Under the pieces are notes generated by a model. That model saw only the letters and a list, made by a program, of their open reading frames with translations. It ran no database searches and was not told where the DNA came from. 64,000 bases of DNA. Source: the human T2T-CHM13v2.0 reference genome, Homo sapiens. How positions within the stretch are numbered: the first letter of the stretch is position 1; the number at the start of each line of letters is the position of its first letter. The stretch is taken from NCBI RefSeq assembly GCF_009914755.1, contig NC_060942.1; one strand, written 5' to 3'. Positions 1 through 17,160 of the stretch are shown piece by piece. A program made the position numbers and the translations under genes.

Positions 1-465
1 GACTACAGAAACTGGCCCATCTATACCATGGAATACTACTCAGCAATAAAAATGCAGCAACTTGGGTAGATCTCTAGGGATTTATGCCAAGTGGGGAAAA
101 AAAGGCAATACAAAAATGTTTCATACTGTGTGTTTCCATTTGTTTAACCTTTGTGAATTGACCAACTTACAGAAATGTAGAATAGGGAAGTGCTGCTGGG
201 GGTGAGGGATGGAGATAGGGTAGGATGGGGAGAAGGAGTGAATGTGGCTATAAAGAGGCAACAGGGGGTGCCTTGTGGGGCTGGAAATGTTCTGCATCTT
301 CCCTGAATGGGTGTCAACATTCTGGTCATGATACTGCACTAGAGTTTTGTGAGATGTTACTATTGAGAGAAATCGGTGTAGGGTGCACAGGATGCACCTG
401 TATTACTTCTTAAAACTATGTGTGAATCTACAGCACCTCAAATGAAAGTTCAATTAAACAAAAAA
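1..465 (+). mobile_element. Old L1 (L1M-type) 3' fragment
   Basis: Typical L1 3' UTR motifs (tggaatactactcagcaataaaa; tgtgaatcta...caattaaa) ending in an A-rich tail at ~455-480. Confidence 0.7.
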
Positions 466-659
466 CAACAACAAAAAAAGAGGGCACACTTGCATCTTCC
501 TCACAGTGGAGAGGCCAGGACAATCATTTGAAGTAACCAAGCTGAAAGTCACTCCTTGATGGGGATGGAGGTCAGCGATGGTCATTCAGACTCTTCTAAC
601 CCAGCATTCTAGTCTAGGGTGGAAAAATTAAATTGAGCGATAGTTTCCTGTGACTTGCT

Positions 660-1003
<344 letters not shown>

Positions 1004-1524
1004 GTGACTTGCTTTTATTATGGGGCAGAGACTTGCAATGAAGTCAGCCTTAGACACCTTGCAAAGCTTGAGGCAAACTGAGAAATGTGACATGGGCTGA
1101 TAATTCCATTCAATTTTTTGGCAAATGCAGAAATAAAACCTGACTTCTTTTGGATTGAGAGTAATATGGCCAATGACAAGGCAGTACTAAACACGCAGCT
1201 GCTCCGTGTCCAGCCTTGATGTGTCAGTAACAGTAACTAACCTGAAATGGAGCAGGCAGCTGTGGCCTGAATGGGCTCTATGTAGTGGAGCACTGCGGCT
1301 GCCCATCCTGGTGGGAGCAGTCCCGTCCTCCCTGGGCCTCAGCTTCTTGTCTGTGTCAGACGGAAAAACAATTATTTTTATCATAACTTCAGTCATGATA
1401 CAGTTTTGTGGGACACATTTCGTCAAGGCAGAATGAATTGTTTGTTGCCTGGTTATTTAACATGCATTTTTACCTCAGATCAGGAAAAAGTACTAAAATT
1501 ATATTATTTTCTCATTTTTTTCAG

Positions 1525-1589
1525 TCATGGTTCATCAGAATGTATTAAGATTCAGAACCAAAGGTTATATGAAATTGGAGGAAATATAG
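1525..1589 (+). CDS. ARHGAP28: Rho GTPase-activating protein 28, penultimate coding exon
   Basis: Polypyrimidine tract+CAG acceptor (1524), GTAAGC donor (1590); encodes (S)HGSSECIKIQNQRLYEIGGNI(G); phase joins the 4608 exon. Confidence 0.9.
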
Positions 1590-1708
1590 GTAAGCATACT
1601 GTAATAATTTCTACTGCTAAATTCTCTGATTACTCTAAAAGAAATATGTTGCTATAATCATAAAGGTATGTTTTATGAATTTCTCAGATAAAAACTAAAA
1701 ATCAGTAG

Positions 1709-2170
<462 letters not shown>

Positions 2171-2299
2171 TGATTTGAAGTTGGAAAGTCTCTCTGGAGA
2201 CTCTGCAAAACAAAGAGAATACTGTAAGAACTTTCAGAAGCATGACACCATTTTGATTAACTTCCCTATTTTAACTCTCCTCCCAAATTCATTCTTTCT

Positions 2300-3687
<1,388 letters not shown>

Positions 3688-3936
3688 GCTCTTGGTAGTT
3701 TTGTTTGAGACTTCAGCATACATTTCAAGCACACTGCACGTAAAGACTTTCGAATACGTTTGCCCCAGGAAATGATCTTTTAGTTGTTACCATTTTGGGA
3801 TTTCCTGCCCATGGGCTTTACATCCATAGTAAAGAAACAAAATGACCATTCCTAAAATGAACTTGACTTGAATCTTCTCTAGCCCTGGTCAAGTACCTAT
3901 CTATAAAACCACTGGAGGACATGTATTAGCATATAA

Positions 3937-4290
<354 letters not shown>

Positions 4291-4607
4291 TAATTTTCTA
4301 ATTGATGCCATGAAGCAAGGGAACAATTTGCCTGTGATGGTATGTCTGCTTTCTTCCAAAATTTCACATGAGATTTGTTTGATATACCCATACTTCACAG
4401 TCTTAAAGAAAGAAAAAAAAAAGAAAGGAGAGAGGGAGAAGAGGGAAGAAGAGTTTGTTAAGAAACCTTAACATATGTCTACTTACTTTGGCCAAGAAAA
4501 CTATATTAACCTTATTTGAACCTCACAAACACACACAGACACATATGTGTGCACACGCACACACACACAAATGTACACTAATTCTCTGATCTTTCTCTTT
4601 CTTTTAG

Positions 4608-4702
4608 GAGAGCATTGCTTGGATCCAGATGCTTATATATTGGATGTATATCGTATAAATCCTCAAGCAGAATGGGTGATTAAACCCCAACCAAGTTCTT
4701 AA
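4608..4702 (+). CDS. ARHGAP28: ARHGAP28 terminal coding exon
   Basis: ctttctctttcttttAG acceptor; encodes (G)EHCLDPDAYILDVYRINPQAEWVIKPQPSS* (TAA 4700-4702), the conserved C-terminus of the ARHGAP18/28/40 family. Confidence 0.92.
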
Positions 4703-7700
4703 AATATCCTCGAGAGAGCTGCTATCATGTATTATATGCCAAAAAGATCCTACATTTTGGTAGGGAAAAAACAACACTGTGTTTGACGTATTTGTTCCTA
4801 CAGCATTCTCAGTATTTCTGGCCCTCAGCAGTGGGCATTGTAAGCATGAACTATGGAAGAGGCGCTGGTTCACCAATTCAGCTGAAGCTTTCTCATGACT
4901 TTTTTTTTTATAAAAGTAAAGGAAAGATGATGTGGTCCTTCCAGAAGAAAGACCAATCTAGAATATGGAACTCTAATCACTTCTAGTATTTCAACTTCCT
5001 AGCAGAAATGAACTTGGCCCTAGACCTAGGGATAAGCAATGTTCTTTATGTAGCCAATGCTACGAAACAAAAGAGGTGAAAGAGACCCTTTTTTATACTT
5101 AATGTACATATATTGACTTTTTGAGCAAGAATGCCAGAAATAGCCTTCATTTCTACCCTGCAAAATAATCCAGATCTGCTTTCTAAAATGAATCAGTTTC
5201 TAAAGTGAAACATGCAATATTTATGCTCTGACTGACTCCTGAATTGGAAGAGGAAGAACTTCTGTTTACAGAAAACTGTATTGTTATATATGTCAGGCTG
5301 TGTATTGTGACTATCAGCATTCTGGTGCAAATGAACTTTTCTCCATCATCGACTGTGGAAAATTGATACTTTTAAAGCATATTCTTCTATGAGCACAGGT
5401 CCTCCTAGTGAAGCTTAGTTTGACAAAGGGTGTCATATGCTTTCCTAACCTGATTTGTAGTTAACATTCACAGAGCCTACATTTTCTCATTAGGGTTATG
5501 ATGCTCAGTATCTTTCCAAGTGCCAGGCACGGGCTTCCTTTTCTGATCAAACATACCATTTTTTGTATTTCACAACTATAGACAGTCACTTCTGCAGTCC
5601 CAATTTAAAAATGCAGAACTGCTTTATCCAAGAATGCTGAAAAATACTGTTCTATCCAGGTTTCCTAAACTATAAAAGCAGATTTTGCTTTTGTTTGTTA
5701 ATCATAGGCATGGCCGAGCATTGTGGATTAGCCTGAGGCTTAAAATCAGATGCATGTCTGGTAAGATGACCACTGTCTCACTATCAAGAGCCTGCAGAGC
5801 CATTTTCCAGACCTGTGATTGCCCAGAACACATAGTCCCCACGTTTCTAATTTGGAGCAAATCTAAAAGGTGCTGAGGGATTGGACAGCTCTGACTTTCC
5901 TCGAGACTATGGATATAGTCCTTCTCGGATTAGCTGGAAATGGGGACAGAGTTCTCATTTATCCCAGACATATACATTGGCTTTTTTGGAATCTACAGAT
6001 TGAGATTTTGATGAATTTATATTGGTTTTAATGAGACCCAAATGACTCTCTCTTAACAATTCAAGCAGTAGACAAAGTTGCTCACAAATACAGAAAACAT
6101 CTTTTTGTCTACTTCGCAAGTATCAAAACGTGATAATATTTAAGCCCATTTGTAGAAGAAATCTTGTATATACTATATTACACCTTGATATCTATACAAA
6201 ACATCACTTGTATTAAAACATGTAGATAACTTTCTGGCATTTAGAATTTTGTTCCATTCATTTGATTTGTTCATCTGAGAATTTTTTTTTTTTGCCTGAA
6301 AACCCATTAAAAGAAAACGTGCCTTCTGTATAAGTTTATGTTTATTCCTACATTTTATTCATTTTTAATGTATGGGTAATTGGTGGCACGTGACTTTACA
6401 TAATGACTTTCTAGACTCTGAAAAAAATGCTTTTATCATTTTTGCAATTCAGACAAGGGTAAACATTTTACTTTATGTAATTGCCACATCCCAAGATGTA
6501 AAACGGCAGTAATTTATGACCACATATGGAAGAAATTCTTCAAATAGCTACCTTACATTTCTGCGTATATATGAAAACTGAGTGATATTTCTCAGTGTAT
6601 TTGCTTGCATTTGAATGGTTCAATTCTGTTGTGTTTATGTAGAAAATTCACAAATCTGTTCATTTAATTTTTTAATTTGAGAATTTTTATTTCTTTTGAC
6701 TGAAAACACATTAGAACCTATGAGTAAATTCTGAAGGTTTTAAGATTTACTTCAGCTTGTCACCAGTTTCAAATAAATCCCTAATAGGTAACAAGTAAAA
6801 TACAAATTCTTGTCTACTTTCATGTGGTTTTAAATGGCAGGGACTTCGCTGAGTCAGTAAGTATAATCACTCTAGTTTATTCAAGGATGTGTGGCAACTT
6901 TCAACTTCCATACGTATATATGTATGTATGGAAGGCCATGTCAATACTAGTATCATTGGATATAACTTTGATTCTTAATCAGAGGGCAAATTCATTAGAG
7001 AAGAATCTTTAGTAGATACACAGACTAATATTTGTGTGGAGGTTCTTTTGACCAATTTTATTCCTAAGAATAAACAAACCCCTACAGTTAAAATGCAAAG
7101 ATGCCTGTCATCTAAGTATTGAAAGAATTTTTGCCTTTCAAGAGTTGTTTTTTAAAAATTTAATAAATTCATAAAAAAGACTCATATCTTTGCAAACAAA
7201 AGAAGGGCAGATACTGGGCTTCTACATGCTATCCTTAAGAGCTTCTCCCCCTCACCCATTCCTAGTGCTCTTGGTATACACTTGGGAAAATAATGTCCTC
7301 CAGGAGAAAGTGTTAGAGGGAACTAACATTTTAGGAATGCTTATTCAGAAAAAAATCCTAGAGTTGATTCATTGTTTTCCTCCATCCTGCAAAAGAAGAT
7401 CCCTTTGTTAAGCAGCTCACTTGGAAATATGATTCTTGGAGTCAATGATCTCTAAACAAACTGGATTATCAACTATTTACAACGTCTATACAGTATAAAC
7501 TACCTCACTTGCCTTTCTTGGGAAAAAAAAAATGAATGGACTTTAACAATTGTTGTTACAAACTGTGCCTGAATCTTATTATTTAAATCACTTCAGTTAG
7601 CTTTCAGTGTATGTTTAATAATATACATTTAATGATGAAAAATATTTTCAGCAAAGCTTTAAAACCAGAAATACTGTGTAACTGTGATCTATGTGGTATA

Positions 7701-8262
7701 CTCTGAGAGAATTCTGTGTCCTGCTCATTGTCTTGAGTTTCTAACCATGTGCAGATGCAAGCGTTCGGGAGTAGGAATTAATGTCCATCTTTTCTTTCAG
7801 GCATTTTCATCTGCTGTCCACGTATTTCACTTGACTGAAAGCTCATATGAGTTAAAATGTCCCTTCTTCCTAGCGAGCATATTTCAACTGTTCTTCATAA
7901 ATGTTTATGTGCCTTAAAAGACTTTATGTTAAAGGATTAAATAGTTTCTCTGACAGGCAGTTTTTAACTGTTTTCCACAAATAAAAATAATATGTCATGG
8001 GATTAAAATGTTTGTTTTCAAGCATTTTTAACAGTTTTACACACTTACATACACCTTAATTAAAAATTTTTTTTCTGTCAGACATTTACCATTTTCTAAA
8101 ACTAATTTGACAAATCATGACACTAGAAAACGCCAATGTTTTATGTCTTTGCCCATCTCAAAAGCTAATATTGATTCTTCTGTCCCATCAGCTTTCATTG
8201 TTAAGTAGAATATGTATGTTGCATTTTATCCATAAGAAATAAAGAGAAAAAAACTAAAAACA
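4703..8262 (+). other. ARHGAP28: ARHGAP28 3' UTR (~3.5 kb)
   Basis: AT-rich, interspersed-repeat-poor stretch after the stop; AATAAA at 8238-8243 just before repeats resume. Confidence 0.7.
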
Positions 8263-8520
8263 TTGTATGAGAATTCTTCTACTTCACTATTCCAAGGGCA
8301 CAGTGATGCTAGGGATGATTTTGCCTTAAGGAAATATTTGGCAATACCTGGAAACAGATGTTGTTTCCAAATGTGCTTGTTTTTGAAGAGTAACTTATCA
8401 GTTTTTCAGCACCGGGGCGTGAGAGGATGCTGCCAGCCTCTGATGGGTGAGAAGCCAGGGATGCTGCTGATCCCGCTCCAGTGCACAGGACAGCCCTGCA
8501 ACATAGAATTATCCAGCCTG

Positions 8521-8812
<292 letters not shown>

Positions 8813-8859
8813 AGAAGAATTATTCAGTAGTGCCAAGATTGAATAAACGTGCCCTGAGA

Positions 8860-10430
8860 TAACAAATAAGGTAAGAGTGTCTGTTTTTCCTATTTTTATT
8901 TAACACTGTACAGGAGATCCTATCTAGCGCTGTAAGTCAAGAAAAAGAAAAGGCAAAAAGTGTTGAAAGGAAGAAGTATGAAACTGTTTAATTTGCAGAT
9001 GATATGACTATATGATTATGTAAAGAAAGCCATAAGTAATCAATAGTTACAATTACTAGAAGTAATAAGTACATTTAGCAGCTTCACAAGGCACAAGGTC
9101 AATCACAAAAATCAGTTGTGTTCCATGTATTAGCTATAAAGACAGCTGGGAAAGAAAATTATAAAAGCAATACCACTTACAATAGCATCAACAAATATAA
9201 AATATAGAAAAATAAATTTAGAGCAAGATAAGCAGGGCCTAATTACTGAAAACTACAAACATTGCCAAGGGAAATTAAATATGAACTCAGTAAATGGAAG
9301 GATAGTCCACGTTCCTGTATTGCAATATTCAATGTTGTTAAGGCATGCATTCTCCCCCAAATGGACCTGTAGACACAACGAAATCCAAATCAGAATTCCA
9401 GGAGTCTTTTTTTGTTGTAGAAATTGAGAAGCTGATTTTAAAATGCATACGGAAATTCAAAGGACTTAGAATAATCAAAGAGTCTTGAGAAAGTATGATA
9501 AATTTGAAGGACTTATATTACTTGTTTCCAGACTTATTACAAAGCTACAGTTATCAGTACAGTGTGGTATTGGTGTAAGGATAAGCAGAAGGATCACTGG
9601 AACAGACTAGAGTTAAGAAATAGACGCATACATACATAGTTGATTTTTCACAAACTGCCAAGGCAATTCAGTGGGGAATGGAAATTCTCTTTAAAATACA
9701 GTGCTGTGATTCCCGGGTGTGATGATTAACTTTAGGTGTCAGGTTGACTGGACTGAGGAATGCCTAGTTGCCTGGTGATGCACTGTCTCTGGGTATTTCT
9801 GTTAGGCTGTTTCTAGAGGAGACTCGCCTGTGAGTCAGTGAACTGAGAGAAGCCCCACCCTCAATATGGGTGGGCACAATTCAATGGGCTGGAGGTTTGG
9901 CTGGGACAAACAGGTGGAAGAAAGGGGAATTCTCTGCTGTCTCCTCTCTGTTCTCTCTCTCCCTTCCAGAGACAGATGCCTTTTTTCCTTCTGCCCTACC
10001 AGACTCCAGGTTCTTCAGGTTTGGACTCTGTGACTTGCACCACAAGACTCCCGAGGGGCTCTCAGACTTTAGGTCTCAGACTTGGGGCTGCTTCCAGAAT
10101 GAGCCGAGCTATGGGTTTCTCTGGTCTTCAGCTTGCAGATTCCCCTATGGTGGGAATTTTCCACCTCTCGTTGATTTTGGGAGCCAATTCCCCTGAATAA
10201 ATCCCTTCCCATATATATGATTGGTTCTCTCTGGAGTACTCTGACTAATACACCGGGACATCCCTTTGGGAAAAAAAAAAACCATGATGAACCTGGACTT
10301 CTATTTCACAAAAGTACAATATATGCAAGTTAGATCACAGGCTTTAATGTGAAAGCTAAAAGTATAGTCTTCCAGAAGAAGACTGGGGAGGTTATCTTTA
10401 TGACTTTGAAGTAAGTAATATTCCTCAGAC
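8860..10430 (+). mobile_element. Old L1 ORF2/3' relic, interrupted by an MLT2-like LTR
   Basis: L1 ORF2 remnants (tttgcagatgatatga = FADDM; aaagctacag...gtgtggtattgg). Confidence 0.8.
9718..10252 (+). mobile_element. MLT2-like (ERVL) solo LTR
   Basis: tgtgatgattaactttaggtgtca...ctctgactaataca termini. Confidence 0.75.
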
Positions 10431-12024
10431 AACGTTGCAAGACATCTTCTCAATTCCAAAGTTCTCTTCAAAATATTATTTCTTTGACAACAACACATGC
10501 AAACAGATGGAAGAGAATCAGGAGTTGGGGCAACGCAGGGCCCTTGGATATTTCATTTATCTCTGCCACCATAAATCATACTTTCTCTCAATACCTACAG
10601 ACGGGGGTAAGCAGTGAGGAGAATTGGTGGGGGTATGATTTTGAAAGATTTTACCATATGTGTACTCTTACAATGTGTTTATGAACTTGTACCTAATGAT
10701 AATTCATTCTGAGCTTTGCTCTTCCATCTCGTAACATTTTTATCACTGTGCAGGTGCAAGCCTGTGCTACAGTGTAGACTCCACCACCCCAGGGCACCAA
10801 TCCAATCACATAACAATCTGCATGTATAAGTACCAAAATCAGTACTACCATACCCATCAGTAATAGTCCGCCAATTCTCCAATCTAAAAATCTATTGCCT
10901 AACAGGGTTGTGGAAGCTATTTTCTGCTTCCATAAATCTTTCAATGCTGCAACTTTTTGTTTTCGAACAGTAACAGTTCGGTTTCAACAACAGCTATTTT
11001 GCAAATGGTTACCAACGTGATCCAGTTCTAACAAGTAATCCACAGTTATTCTGTTGTCAATTACATGATCAGTTACAGTATTTCTAACCCTACAACTCTT
11101 GACTCAGTAATGAAATCATTCATGAAGTATGATTTAGTGATGCAGATGATAAGCACAAAATATGCTGCGCATAAACAGTTAGCATCCCTCTACATTAATT
11201 TGACAAGTTAACGTCACCCCACGCCATTTTGCCAACGGTTGTAAGCAAAAGGATTCATAAATGATAAAGAATCCCGGGATGCTATTCTTAGCCACCTCTA
11301 TTTGAAGAAGAATATGAATTTACAAGTCTGGAGAGTTTCCTTGGTCACAACACCAAATAGCAGTCACTTGTTCATCTTTTGAACACGCTGTGATGTCATG
11401 CAGAGATTTCAAAGTGCACTTCCGGGAGTAAGGCAGGGCCAAGCACAGTTGTTGTCCTCAGCAGTTTACAGAGGGATGAGTCTGGGGAGTTAATCTCGGT
11501 GGTCTTTCTGTGCCTACCGGAGCTAGAACCAGAACTCTATGTCAATACATTGCGCTACCCAACCAGTTGAGGAGAAGTCTTTTCTGTTTCAGGACAGAAA
11601 GGTTACAAAGACCATAGTTTGAAAAGATACATCCTAAGATCGGCCATTCTTTTCCTAAAAGCAATGCTCTCAAGCAAACATTTCATGTCACCAGGTTCCC
11701 AGGGGAAAGGAGGTAGACAGCCTGCAGTTAGATTTTCACAGAGATAGAGAAAAGATTATGTTAACCTTTTATGCAGTCCTTCCACCATGTGATGTAGGTT
11801 CAATCCACTTAACATACAAATATGCAAAGTGATATATATATGAGAACCAGCATTTGACTTTTTCTATGGGACAGTAATCTCCCTTTCACCTCTTGACCAA
11901 TCCAATTACTTAATGTCCAAGTAATCTTAATACGACTCCAATATTTTTATCCTGGGAATTATGGGCGTAGTTACATCAAATAACAGCATGACAATGTTTA
12001 ACATATCAAATTATAGTACAGCTA

Positions 12025-12345
12025 ATTTTTTTGGTTTTCAAGCCATGTTTCATTTTTATTTTAAAAAATAAATCTGGTGGTGTATATTTAAGGTGTTCAA
12101 CACGATATTATGTATCTAGTGAAATGGTTACTAGAGTACAACAGATTAATATATCCATCATCTCACATAGTTACCCGTTTTTCCATTTTTCCGTTTTTCC
12201 GCCTTGTGGCAAGAGCAGCTATGATCTACTGATTTTGCAAAAATCCTTAACACAACACACTATAGAAACGACAGTCCCGATGTTGTTCATTAGATCTTTT
12301 GATTTGTTCCTCCTACATACTTGCTACTTTGTATCCTTTGACCTA
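12025..12345 (-). mobile_element. L1 3' end inserted in env copy A
   Basis: Poly-T then antisense L1 3' UTR (gtgaaatggttacta...ccatcatctcacatagttacc). Confidence 0.7.
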
Positions 12346-12419
12346 AAAGGGGACGCGTGCTAACCTGGAGACAGCATAATTATTGCTCAGTTTAGCAAGT
12401 ATTCCCTTTTAAACATTCC

Positions 12420-12720
12420 AATTTAGCACGTTTCAAACTGGATTTTTAAATCTTTATGCCCAAATCCGTTCCACCCACATTAAAAAAAAAAAAATCTCAG
12501 TTAACAGTGGCTTTTTCAGTTTCTCAAGTCAGAAATCTTGGAGTCCCCTTGACGACTTTCTTCTTGTCACATCCCACACCAGCCCCTTAGCAAGTGCGGG
12601 GTGACCCAGTTCAAGGCACTGTCATGAACACAGGATGACCAGGTTCTTCTGGCTTGCACTTGCAAACCTTTAGACGATCACTTTTTGCCTCTTAAACAGC
12701 TTTCTTACTATATATTCTGC
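12420..12720 (+). mobile_element. L2 relic inserted in env copy A
   Basis: L2-like ttctcaagtcagaaatcttggagtcccctt gac...ttcttgtcacatcccacacc; env-like translation stops before and resumes after it. Confidence 0.55.
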
Positions 12721-12810
12721 TTTCCCGGTATTCGTCGCTAGACGGCAGCAGAGGATTTTGATTGGATTCCAAACTGGTTGGTTAAAGCAGCCTGAGCAGC
12801 TCAGAGGGAG

Positions 12811-13030
12811 GTTGTGGTTGTGTGTTGTGGTGCTGGTGTGTGGTTGTGGTTGTGGTGTTGTGTGGTTGTGGTTATGTGTGGTTGTGTGTGGTTCTGGTGT
12901 GTGGTGGTGGTGTGTGGTTGTGTGTGGTTGTGGCAGTGTGGGGTTGGTGGTGTGTGGTTGTGGAGGTGTGTGGTGTGGTTGTGGTAGTGTGTGGTGGTGG
13001 TGGCGTGTGGTTGTGGCGGTGTGTGGTTGT
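12811..13030. repeat. Compound (GTG/GTTGTG/GT)n low-complexity repeat
   Basis: Directly visible G/T-dominated tract. Confidence 0.95.
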
Positions 13031-13475
13031 GTCGTCCTTGCTGTTGCCTTACTTGTCTTGGAACTCTTCAGCAGGCAGAGGAGAGAGAGGTTCTTCAGAC
13101 CGTCCTCATACCTGGGGACTAGTGGGTGGCTGTGCGGCCGGAGGCTTTAAAGCTTTGTCTTGCATCCGCGGGCCACGCTGGAGGTCGGGCGCCCGCAACC
13201 CTGCGCCAGGCCGTCCTGGGCTTGCCGACGCTCGGCCCCTGCAGCTCCATCCGCCCGCGGGCTGCCTTTGCTTTGCCTCCCTGTGTGGCTGGGAACCAGC
13301 GGGGCGGGTGCCATCGTCCGGCCTCACCCCCTACCCTGGGTCCTGCACGTGGGCACTGCGGGCTTCTGGGCCACCTCCGCCCTTGCAGCGCAGAGGGCCC
13401 CGTGGTCTTCGTCAGCGCTCAGTCAAGGTGAGTAGGGCAGGCAGTCTTTTCTTGAGTCTCTTCGTTTCTGACACC

Positions 13476-13914
13476 TGTAAACAAAGGTGAACCCTAAAGA
13501 GCCACTCCTTCAAGAGGCACCCAGATGGCCAGCTGGGCCTACATTTTGAATAGAGCCACGCAGCCATCTGCAGTTGACTAGAGGTCACCCTGAGTCCCCA
13601 GACCACCCGCACTTCTGCTGTACTTTGCCACACGCTGCGCTCACCTGAACCAGCCAAGGAGATCTCAGCTGTATCAACCAATCAACCAGAGCTCAGCTGT
13701 ATTGACCAATCACAACTAGGCAAGTTTGAATCTTTTATTTGCATAAATGAACATGATTGGGCACCTGGGCAGGCACTGTCACTATAAAACCAGAGCCCTC
13801 CCTTTGTACTCTGGAATGTACCTTCCTTTAAGGCTGTATCTCCCAGGTTTGCAAACTGTTCACTGGAATAAGCCTCTTTCCTCCAAATTCCTTTTCAAAC
13901 GACTTTTGTTCACA
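13476..13914 (+). mobile_element. ERV1-type solo LTR inserted in env copy B
   Basis: TG...CA termini, CCAAT boxes, TATAAAA at ~13783, AATAAG; env-like frame resumes after it. Confidence 0.7.
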
Positions 13915-14759
13915 AACCCCGCACAAACAGCTTCATCCCATAGGGTTAATTTACTTCCCTGGATATAGCTCCTGACTTTGGCAGAGAATGGCCCTGAATG
14001 ATAACTAAGCCCATGCACCCCATGCACTATCTCTATCCTTTCTCTTTCTTGGCGGATCCAAATGCTAGGTTTGGAAGAGTAATGGCAATTGTCATCCTAT
14101 GGTAATATTTCCTGCCCTGTTACTGGTATTTTTTCTGTTCCATAGCTAAGAAAGCTGTCATTCCTAGTTAATTGATGGCTTCAAGGGCATATTTAGGAGG
14201 TTATCTATTCCTACGTTCTTGACTAGGAAATGCCTGCTGTCCCCTTCTGGCCATCCTGGAAGGTTCTGGCCCTGAGCTGGGTTGCAATCTCTTCCACTAG
14301 ATCAACTTGGAACCCTGCTGGCATTATCTCAGTTCCAAAGACATCTACAAAATGTTGTTTGACAGCAAAGCACACAGCAGATGGAAAAGAATCAGGAGCT
14401 CCAGGGAAGCTGGAGGCTCTATTAGACACATTTCTCTCTTCTTCCCAGCAGTAAATTACACCTTCTCTGACCAGAAAGAAGTTGGAAAGGGATACATGGG
14501 AGGGGACACCTTTGAAAAATTTATCTGAATTTTGCCAACTAACAATCACTTGCATAGTCTTCCAGGCAATGACATCTTATTTATGACCTTTTATGTTATA
14601 TAACACATACAGCTCATTTTCGGTAGTTGCTCTGCATTTGCATAACATTTCTATCACTGCATAGCAGTGAGCTTTGCTATAGTCCTGAGCTCCATTTCCT
14701 TAGACATTGGAAACAGGCTTCTCTACCACACAGTTCTGTGTCACTACAATAGGACCACA

Positions 14760-16330
<1,571 letters not shown>

Positions 16331-16369
16331 AAATGGGCATGGGGTAATTCCCCTGGGCTCTCCATGATC

Positions 16370-16765
16370 AGGCCCAACCTACTTTGTCCTTTTTCCTCTC
16401 CCATTGCTGCACAGCAGGGTCCCTCTGCTTCAGTCAAGAGGTTAGATCTGCCATGCCTTCACCACCCACCCATCCCCACAGTCTCATCCCCACAGTGACA
16501 GCACTTTGTGAACTGGGCTGCTCTACCACAAAGGCTGCCAGCACACATTCTGCAGAGCCTGGTTACAGATGGCATCTTAACAGATGCCCATATCATTCAC
16601 TCCATCCCACTGTACAAGTTAGCCCTTCATTTTGTAGTGTTTTAAGGTTAAAAACACATATGCCTCTTGATCCTTGCAATTTTAATAAAGCACTCTCTCC
16701 ATTTTCACCTCAACATCCAGTCCAGGTGAAAGGTAACAATTGATAAATATCTGTTGATGAATGTT
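16370..16765 (+). mobile_element. L2 3' relic inserted in env copy B
   Basis: Ends in L2 terminal motif ataaatatctgttgatgaatg. Confidence 0.55.
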
Positions 16766-17160
16766 CAACATTTAATCATGTATCACTCCTAAATAGCATG
16801 AATCATGTTAAGACAGCTGCATGGACAGACCAAATGGGAAAGGAATGCCTTATTGTAGAAGGCCTATTTGTTGGACCCTATTCTCCAGGTCCAAGAAGTC
16901 TTTGTCTTTGACACAAAATGAAGTTACTCCTGGCCCACTTGTGGTACTTCTATGGACTTATTCAAGGGGTTGACAAACTTTAGAAAGGCCTAAAGAAATT
17001 GTAATTGAATACAACTTCTTTCTTTCATTGTTCTGCTCCTTCTGAAATGTAGGGGACTGCCACTCACTAGCATCCTTTGTCCGGAACACATTCCCACTCC
17101 GGGAACTTAAGAGGAAACAGCCGGCCTGCATGCAATGTCAGGGTAAATTGAGAACATCAC

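Larger units (their letters stand above)
10430..13090 (+). pseudogene. Degraded foamy-virus (spumaretrovirus)-like env, copy A (mid-SU to TM membrane anchor)
   Basis: Ordered motif matches to PFV Env (from memory) across frameshifts: ANRWKRIRSWGNA/RALGYFIY (10499-10560) ~ PANWTTKSKYGQARLGSFYI; FERF ~ NERF; WGVNLGGL (11483) ~ WNVVNIGHL; IALPNQ (11549) ~ IAHPYE; LFLK/QCSQANISCHQV (11649) ~ LHLEDCTRQDYVICDVV; ACS*IFTEIEKRLC*PFMQ (11720) ~ DCPVWAEAVKEPFVQ; RANLETA*LLLSL (12356) ~ KEQIERAKAELLRL; DWIPNWLVKAA*AAQREV (12760) ~ DTPAWIQQLAAATKDVW; hydrophobic VVLAVALLVLELF + RQRRER (13031). Confidence 0.75.

Noticed and set aside
4688-4702. ARHGAP28 C-terminus reads KPQPSS whereas I recall KPQQSS
   Set aside because: Probably a common polymorphism or imperfect recall; cannot be evaluated without a reference.
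12758-13490. 130-aa and 222-aa Cys/Val/Gly-rich ORFs as novel proteins
   Set aside because: Length comes from the stop-free G/T repeat and the GC-rich patch; only short pieces are Env-like.
14223-14555. 110-aa minus-strand ORF with faint resemblance to SSUH2-like proteins
   Set aside because: Differences between the two homologous copies are silent in the + frame, not this one, and the + frame fits the collinear Env motifs; treated as an antisense shadow.
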